NCBI RefSeq assembly: GCF_009914755.1
Contig: NC_060932.1
Direction: 5' to 3' (one strand)
DNA: 64,000 nt
Origin: the human T2T-CHM13v2.0 reference genome, Homo sapiens
The first letter of the stretch is position 1, and every line of letters begins with the position of its first letter. The translations under genes and the position numbers were made by a program. Under the pieces are notes generated by a model, which did no database searches, had not been told where the DNA came from, and saw nothing but the letters and a program-made list of their open reading frames with translations. Positions 54,138-64,000 of this stretch are shown one piece after another.

Positions 54138-55049
54138 CCTATAGTAATGGGGAAAAATATGTATCTGTAAATGGAGAATTATCTGTTTATTGTACTGGAA
54201 TTAAGAGAAAGAGGAGGAAATTTGGTAATTAAATATGAAAATGAGTGGAATGATATAGGGAGGAGTATGGCAGGAAAAGTTGTGAGACATCAATAAGATG
54301 GCAGGAAAAAGTTGTAAGAAATCAATAAAACTTCCAAAAATATTGATAAGATTTATTTTGAAACTAAGATAACGTAACCAGTTGTTTTTGGTTCATGAAA
54401 ATGAAATTGTAGACCCATGGTGAATAGTAATTTGTCTCCTCTCTGCCCTTAGGGATGAAACTGTGAAGCTCTTCTACATTCTTATGATCTGATCCCTTTA
54501 AAAAGTTATGATCCCTTTAAAAAGTTTATTGGAAATAGTTGATCAAGATTAGAGGTTTTATCTGTAAACTAAAGATCAAATAACTTGTATTTATTAGCAC
54601 CAACTTTAACCAATGGAATCCTCATATAAGCCAAGTGTCTCTTTGGTGAGACTAGTCCCACATATAGGGGATGGTTTTGGATAAAATAATTCCAAGTAAG
54701 CTGAGGCAGATGTATAGTGGCGGCTGGGGGTAGACTGTGCTTTATTAGAGTTGGAAGGATCAGCTTCATAGGAAATCTGAAAGGCAGTTTGGCCTAACTG
54801 AACGGGCACAATCTTTGGCTTTGGTGTAAATTTGGGTTCAAATACATTAGTTCTGATATTCTGAACCAGTTTATAAACCTCTGGAAAATCATATGAAAAT
54901 GGGGATAATAGGGTTGTTATAAGGATTAGGAATAGTAGCTATAAGGGGCCCAGCTATGTCTAGTATACAGTGGGTGGTCCATAAGCAATAGTTATTACTA
55001 CTAATAAATCTTAATTGACTCTTCCTTTTCTTACCACCTGCTCTTTTAA

Positions 55050-55529
<480 letters not shown>

Positions 55530-56627
55530 TAAACTGTCATATAGAAATCTGGCAAGAGCGTGGAGAACAGTTCAGTGAAGTAGTAACCCTTCTTTCTTAC
55601 AGTCTATAGATCAAGCTCACAGGGCAATTTCTAGATTTTCAAAGAGCAGCTCTGGTCTCTATTATGTTTCAATTGTCTTCTGAACAAATAAATAGGATGG
55701 AGTGGGTCCATGTGATAGTGAAAGAAATTAATGCCCTTACCCACTTCCAATAGGGTACAGTGTACAGGAGGGAAGAAGGAAAGAGGATTATAATGAATGG
55801 AATTTTAGAATTCTATTTTTACAACTGATTATAACATGAGATACCCTTTTTGGAACATTTACTAAGCAGCAAAAGATTTTGTTCTATTGACATTCTAGAC
55901 TGACAAATCATTGGAATAAACCACATTGCTAGTTTGAAGAACCAAGAAATAAAATACAACAGTCTCTGAAGTAAATTAGCAAATGATAAGGAATGTTGTG
56001 AATTTGGGTGTCTGTATATATCTTTATCCTTACTCCTACATCATTTTCTATGGCTCTGTTGTTTTATTTTGCTCGGCAGTTTTGGCACGTAGGTGACTTC
56101 TTTTGGTAAAGTTGCTTAGAATATCTGATGGGAAGCTGAGGAAAGTTTCTACAAAATGGCAAGGGTAAAGAACTGCCAAACTAAACTATTCTCTCAAATC
56201 CCACTTAGATTTCAAACACCACTGAAAAAGAAGCAATCAAGGATTTAAAATGTATCTGCTATTTTGAGAAGAGGGAGGAGAAAAGAGAGAAAACATTTTC
56301 TAACAACAGCCAATTCATTCTATAGAATTTGTTGAAAACAGACCAACCAAATTGCTATTTTGAACCACCACCAGGGCAAAGATTAGTTATCATATGGAAT
56401 GTTTCCGTAATGGAATTTATGTGCACAGAAACTTTTGAAATTAGCAAAATACACATGCATATGCACTTGAAAATACACTTCAGTTACCCTTAAATGGAGT
56501 CTCTGATAAACAAATAGGCACTAAAAGAGAGGTCTAGGGAGAAACATGTCACTCTTTTTTAAGCCTCTTCACTGGCAGTGGCGGGGCACTGCATAGCTGA
56601 GGACTGGGGTGCTTAAATACATGCTTC

Positions 56628-56705
56628 TCTGCATTCCAGCCTGGGCGATAGAGTGAGACTGCATCTCAAAAAAAAAAAAAAGTAATAATAAATAAATAAA
56701 TAAAA
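56628..56705 (+). mobile_element. Severely 5'-truncated Alu (~40 nt plus tail)
   Basis: ctgcattccagcctgggcgatagagtgagact followed by an A tail; flanks aaatacatgcttct and aaataaatgcttct. Confidence 0.8.
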
Positions 56706-59700
56706 TAAATGCTTCTAAGACAAAACCCTTGTGTGCTGCTTCTTCTCTTTTCCAATCACCATCCTTTGACGTTTCTTAAGGCTAAAAAAAACCCCCAAAC
56801 CATTAGATGTTTAATCTTTGCATACCCTAGTAGTTACAAGTCCTCTAAAACAGAACCATACAGTTCACAGGTCAGTATCCTTTCTGATGGTCTTTGTCAG
56901 ACATCATTATTTCTAGCATAGGATATTGGACAGGATCAACAAAAAGGAATCGAAGACAGTAGGGACCACTACCATGACAGCTGCAGTATTATTTGGCAAT
57001 GTGATCTATGGTTATTTTAGGAAAAATGGCATTTCAGGAAGTGATATTAATCTGTAAAATTCCTTTGCCATGCAGAATATAAAAAATGATTACAGAATAT
57101 GCAGAAAAAAGCAATGCTCCTTCCAAATAATGAGATATTTGATATAATAAGGAGATGGGAAATAATCAATATTTAAAAATATTCCTTTTAAAAAATTAAA
57201 GTTTAGGATAGTTACGTAGTTAGTATACAACAACTTGGTCTTAATAAGGACTAGAAACAAAATTTTATTTTGTGTGGCTAAAGAAATACATACATATTAT
57301 AAAACTGACATTTTTTTGCATTGTTCCGTTGGGTATCATCACAGGTTGCTGCATCATTATAGTTGTTTTTAATGTAAACAGATAAACTCTCACACTTTCC
57401 AACTCTGGTATTATCCATCTATTTTTCCTTTCACAGTCCACTGATACAGAATTTTAAACATTTAGAGTAGGAGGGAACCTTAGCTTCCAGCACAATACTG
57501 TTCATCTTTCACATGAGGAAATCATCCAACAGAAGTTGAATGATTTACTCAGGGTCAGGCCGCACCTTGGCAGAATTACGTCTTATTATTCTTTCTCAAA
57601 TGCTCTTTTAAAGGTTAAACAGAGGTTGAGTTTTGAGAATGACTTATTTCTCTTAGATGAATTTCGTTACAGACAAGCAAAATAATCAGCCACTGTCTTT
57701 CTCTTTTCTATTTTTTCTTTTCTGTTTGCCACCTCTAGGCAACAACCTCATTGAATCCACAACAAAATCCTGAAGATTTCTGTATTATCCAAGAGAACCA
57801 TTTTCTTTAAGAAAAATAAAATACTAAATATGTTTTGAATATAAAAGTTTCTGATAAAAGTAATCCTGACTTTAATCAGATCAAGTAAGATAATCAGATT
57901 TATACCATTATTTTGATAAAGACAAAAAAAACAACATAAGCTTTTTTTCCCCAGTCTTACACTTTGAGCAACTCTTTTAAATACTATAAACACTTTTCAT
58001 TAGGGACAATTTTTCCCTTTCCCTAGGAAAATGAAAACCGAATAGAAAAATTTTTTGCAAAAATTAAGTTTAAGAGGGTAAAATGTGAAGACAGAGAACT
58101 GCTACTTAATCAGAAATAAGTAAACAATATTAAACAGGAAAGTATATATTCCATTTAAATGAGTTTTTTTCTTCATATTCATATCACAAAGTAACTTCAC
58201 TATAGCAGCACTAATTCATTATGTTTTTATTTACTGGTGGATGTCACTGGCCTCAATAAAAATATGTAATTTTTCATAAGAAATATTCAAAAGAACATAA
58301 AGTTTGAAAAATATAATTTACCAGAAAGCACCAACATGGGAAGCTCTTCAATTAAGGATGGGAAATTATTAATATGCTTTAGCCTAAATTTAAGCAAAAT
58401 TCATTCCTAAAGATGAATTTTTAATGAATTTTATAATGAATTATTCAGCATGAAAATAAAGGGAGCAAACTTTTATGCTTTTAAAATATGTTTAAGAGGA
58501 TCTTATCTTTTAACAACACCTCTTTCATTTTGTAAACAGGACATTATGCTACCAAATATAGAGTTATTATTCTAAAGTTTAAAGCAATGCTTTAAATTTT
58601 TAAACCTTATGACATGTTCATAAAATTCACGGATACCAATCCATGAAAAAATTCTTCTTCCTCAACCCACATTTTTAAAGATATTTACAATTGTATTGGA
58701 TCTTTTACTCTGGTTGCTTTAATTCATAATTAGATAGCATCTTTCAGGACTCAAGTATGGGATCTTTCATTTTTCAGATAATTTTTTCTTGGTGGTCAAT
58801 AGAAAAGTCATATCAAAATGCACTCTTGATGGGAATGAAAAGAGAATTATGATTTTTGGGGACGGGTGCTCACAAAACTATTAAGGCAGCTTTGTTTATG
58901 TTTATAGGACTAGTAATAATGCTAACTTCATTAAAAAATTATATTGACCATTTTATATTCTTCCACCAGAGAGACAGTTTAGCTGTACTTGTAACCTCAC
59001 AGCACTCCAGTTTTTACTCATTCCCCAAATCATCCCACTGCCTTTGGTCCCAAGACTACTGACAGACTCTTGGTCCTTCAGTGAAAAATCAATGCTTTAA
59101 ACAATCGGGTCTAGAGTTACCTATTTGCTTAAACTTGGATTTGATGAGGTTGCTAAATGAACATTATACCTTTCTCATAAAGATAAAGGCTTCATGCTAA
59201 TAAAGTATTTCAACAGAAATATACCTTTTTACTATAGTTCTAATACTCATTTGCTCTTATAAGGGCAAGGTCTTTGGATAAAGATAATAGTAACAGAATT
59301 AGTAAAAATTGACTGAACGTGATACTTTATTAAAGCTTTTAAATATGGGTGTTTTTCATTAGGGAATACGGTTTAAGATAACACTTGGTTAAATTATTTA
59401 ATATCCTGGCACTCCTGAAGTGCACTACTTCAGGAAAAAGACCAATATATTTGTGAGGGGAATACAGGAAGGCAAGATGGCTAGGAAGAGAGAAAGGAAA
59501 CTAGTAGGATGAACTGAATATTTGTATATTTAAAATACACATATATTTGCACTTTAAGTAAATACCAATGGGATTCATTCAAAATTTCCTTGATATTTCC
59601 TTGGTATAGTTAATATATTTCAAATTAAGTGATATGTTAACTAGCTCAAGTATGATATCTAAGTTAAAAAAAAGTCACTTAAAATGACAGATCTGAAATT

Positions 59701-59759
59701 GAATCTACTAGGTACAAGATAGTATATATAATATGTTTTCATCTGTATGTTTTAAAAAG

Positions 59760-59760
59760 A

Positions 59761-59791
<31 letters not shown>

Positions 59792-59800
59792 CACATATAC
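59760..59800. repeat. (TA)n microsatellite
   Basis: TA run grading into TACA units. Confidence 0.92.
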
Positions 59801-62800
59801 TTGTATATGCAGAGTAACTCTAGAAGGATACACAAGAAATTGCTAACATTGGTTGCTACTTTTCACCCTCTACCCATCTGTACTGTTTCCATTTTGTACT
59901 ATATGTATGTTTTTCCCTATTCAAAAATATTGATTAAAATCTCATTACCAAAATAAATTTAAATGATTTAAAATAGCATGTCAAATTAATAACAAGTACG
60001 GATTTTTTCCATTATACATGAAAATATATACTTATATTATTTTTCTAAGCTCTACCTACTAAATTTGGGTATATTTTCTTTACGACAGAGTTACTGTGAT
60101 CTGAAAACCCAATTTTCACATGATATTAAGTTGGGAAAAACACATTTTCCCTGAACTTCATTGCTACAGTATGGTGGACTATGAGTTGTTTCAACAGCAT
60201 GTTAACATACTTATTCTTTTTCTCTGATGGGCTAGCCATTAGCCACCATTTCTCTTTGAAATTCAAGAAATATTTAAGGAAATTTCAGAAGGATTTAAGA
60301 TCCTTTTCAGGCCGTGATAAATATTACACCTGTATTATTCTGTAGGCATAGAATCAATGTTAACTCCTCTTTGTATGTTGTCAAAGATGTTTGGTGTTTT
60401 AGTAAAGACAGACTTCAAACTAAGTGGTGACTAAGCAAACCCCTTACATAAAGCTTTGAATAGGATTTCATAAATAGTTCCAATGAAAAACATTTGGAGA
60501 TAAGAAGGAAAAAAAGCTCACACTTATGAAAAAATTATTTTCAGAAAACCACTTAAAATTCAAATTAAGTCCTATTCATTTAAATATTAAAATATACCAT
60601 AAACCCAAATTTAAAGGAATGATAATACATACATCAGCTTTCAATGGTAGCTGCTTATTTAAAATGAGCATCTGAGGGTATATTCCAGTTTCATCCTCTT
60701 CAAATTGTGCAGCTCAGATAAATGTTTATTTTATGGAAAATATTTGCAAAATTACAATATAAATACATGATTATATTAAGGTAGGATGACTATATAATTT
60801 ATTCTTATCTATAGATATAAAATGAACTCAGTAAATATAGCACACTCTTGATGAATTGTTAGTACACAGTGTTTCTCAGTAAAGTATTATTAAGCAACAG
60901 TTATCTAGTTTTCAAATGTACATCTTAAGAAGCTTTTAAGATGGAAGGATACACTAAATCCCCCAATACCCTTTTTAGTTGGGGAAGGTTAGTACTTCTG
61001 TGAATTCTGAGATATCATATTTGTGTTAGTGACTGTTCATAGGTTCCTTGCATTTCCTTAACTTGAAACCTTACTTCTTTAGTCTGAATGTTCTTTAAAT
61101 AATGCCACATCAGCTAACCACACTTTTAATTTGAGTATAATATTATGTACTGCATATTTATTCATTACTTAAACACATATCAACAATGAAACAATGATTG
61201 AAAAAAATTTTGTCTAGACAAATTCCCCAAATTAACTGTCAGGGCACTGTGGGGAATCTCAACTAAATATAGTCTCAACTGTAATAAGAATTTGGGTTAG
61301 AAATAGTATTTTATTTATTCTAGTTCTTAAGACATCAAATGTGAACTCTACTTTAAAATTCTTTGTTAAATATACTGGGATTTGTTTCAAAAGCATCTTC
61401 TACCCTTCTCCATTACACTGATTTAATGGAAACCTGTTACAACAACAGTTCCAACACAAACATATGCATGCACGGGATCACCTTATAGATTCTAGCTACA
61501 TAGTTATTGAAACACATCCCACCTGTCAAGTGGCATAAATGTACATCTTCTATATACAAAAGGTAAAGTGCATTATTAAATTAGTGAACTGACAGATTGT
61601 CTGCCTGGACCATACAGCTTTCAAATAGACAAATGTGAAATTCTCATATTAGAACCAATTATTTCAAGAGGTTCCAACTAGCTTTTCCACCCTGTCATTT
61701 ATTTTTTTGGCCATGCTCTTTAGTGCAAATAAGCTTGTGTTTGACTCAAGTTTCAGGGACATGGCAGTCTGGGGCTTTAACAAGGAAAATTATAAAATGT
61801 AGAGGAACTTTAATATCTTTATAATACATTGCATCTTTTGCATAAAGCAACAGATTAGTGCTGCTTTCGATTGCTAGGAGCACACTGCCAACTATCAAGA
61901 GGAACCCGTTTCCAAATTTCATACTATTAGCTTATATTACTACAGTTTGAGCCTGTACCACATTATGCTTGGATTATTAGGTGCAAACATCATCAGTGTT
62001 TTAGAATTATACAGTGAACTAGTACTTTTGGTTACTAACTTTCATGCTCATTTTTTAACTTCTAACTTCCAGTTGCCTTAAGAGTTTAATGTCTTCAAGG
62101 CAGGGATTCTGTTATTTTGAAGGATACCATGAACACTTGCAGCTCCATGTATGTTACAAATGACAATAAATAAAATGCATATTGCACAGATAAGAATAGT
62201 AGCTTATTTTATAAGATACATGGCAATACATGTCCTAAGACCAGAGTTTTGAACTGGATCATATTTAATTACGGCTAATGAATTCTTGGGAATTTTAAGT
62301 ATCAAAAAGTCATAGCATCATCTCATTTTTGAATGATTAACTATGAAAAAAATGAAACAAAAGGACTGGCAGAAGGCTTAATAATTTTAGAGTATACTCA
62401 ATTGCCAGTATATATGCATCTATTTAATCTGCAGCTTTGAGATGGTAAAAACTTTGAAGTATACATACAAAGTAGAAAATCTGGCTGCTTAACTAATTCT
62501 TTACTTAAATAATTAATGGAAAACTAAATTTAATAATGTTTATATACAATGAGTTAAAGATATTTATCTTTAAGTCTGACATGGTATTGTATGTATGTAT
62601 ACACACATATATATGTATACATGTATATACATATGTCTGTGTGTATATATATAGATATAGACACATACCCAAATCTTATCAGACCCAAAAGGTAAAAGGA
62701 AATCATTTAGACCTAATGGATATAAATATTTTAGAAAGGAAGACTTTAAGAGAGTGTATACACTCATAGCAATAGCGATAGGAACAATCAAATACTAGAA

Positions 62801-64000
62801 TATTCACAGCTCCAGTTTGCCAAAATCTGACAGGTTGATTATTATTAATAGGCACTATGATGGGCAGCAATAACAATCAGTAGTACAGTAATTCAAGTGC
62901 ACATCATTCCTTCATAGACCAAAAACTACTTTTTTAGCAAGCCTACATAGTTATTTTACAGTTAGGACTGTTTAAAAATCCTTGCTACTTTTAGAGTCTC
63001 AACACCCACCATGTGCTATTAGCTCTAGTACTAACATTATCTCCTAACCTTCAGTTGTTCCATAGTGATCCAGATGGTCCACAATTATAATGAACTAATG
63101 AGATTCCTTCACGCTACTAGAGGAAATGTGAAATACAATCTGCAAACCAACACTAGTATATATGTCGGGGTTACTGATTGCTTGTTCTTAAGTAACATAA
63201 ACCAATGAAATTAATTTTTTTAATTCATACCATCAAGTTTTCTTAGTGACCTCACGTAAAGGTATTGGGGGACAAAACTCTGGAAGAAAAAAATCGCTGA
63301 TATAATTTTAAATTACTTTTAGCATATAAAAGAAGAGCTACATTCTGATTTGAATCCATGCAGCCAGCTCTCATCAATGAGAGTGATATTTGGGGGTTGA
63401 AATCAGTGTTCTGGCTCTTAAATATGATTAGATGGACTTATTGTGTGGGAGGTGAATAAAGCCAAGATAAAAGACAATAATTTCATTCAGAAGAAAATAT
63501 AGCTGAATAGATGTAATTTCAGTCAATTAATACAGGATGGGTTGGTACACATATAACACTATATCCACTTGTTTAAAAAATTGCTTAGGTGTTGAAAAAT
63601 TGCTGTGGCACTTCCTGGAAAGTAATTTTTAATACAGGTAAATGGGTGAGTCTTGTGTAAAGTCAGAAAGAGCACCTTGGAAAATGCCTGAATTTTCCTT
63701 TCAAATATATTTATAACCAATCTTCAAATAATATTTTTCTCAGACTGGAAATTTGTATTCTAAATTATTTTTAGAAAAAAAAAATCCCCACCCCCTCCAG
63801 AATTAAAACACCTGTAAAATACAGGATTATATTGGAAGTGTTGACATGGTTTTAAGGGTAGCAATTGCAAAAGTGCTACTAAAATATATTATTACAGGTA
63901 TATTTTTATATCAGTTAATTGGTACACCAACCCTTCTGAAAGAGTGTTAAAGAAGAAGCATAAAGTATAACACCTTGAGTCCATGATATATTTTGGGGAA

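Noticed and set aside
54490-54526. 19-bp tandem duplication tgatccctttaaaaagtta
   Set aside because: Ordinary slippage duplication with no functional hint.

Overview
Human genomic DNA, judged from dense Alu/L1 content and an AluYa5 copy with all five diagnostic positions. Bases ~1-26.5 kb look intergenic and are packed with repeats: about 19 Alus, two Alu-split MADE1 MITEs, MLT1/MST/MER34-type solo LTRs, old L1M fragments, a 2-kb 5'-truncated L1PA2/3 with an 18-bp TSD, two ancient ERVL-class proviral fossils, and a disabled processed pseudogene of LPGAT1 (16.4-17.46 kb, minus). Bases ~26.5-64 kb look like the 3' end of a large-intron minus-strand gene that I cannot name. Its predicted parts are a terminal exon (acceptor at 29834, poly(A) signals at 29721 and 28955), an 83-nt exon (39214-39296) and a 15-nt microexon (50872-50886), within AT-rich DNA that includes two Alu-free stretches. 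Most ORFs in the supplied track are Alu/L1/ERV-derived or short chance ORFs. I see no CRISPR array, RNA gene, CpG island or clearly novel system. The best leads are the microexon plus frame-switching 3' exons, a perfect DR3 nuclear-receptor element, and repeated Alu hits at the centre of MADE1 palindromes. Repeat family names come from remembered consensus features and boundaries are approximate; no searches were run.
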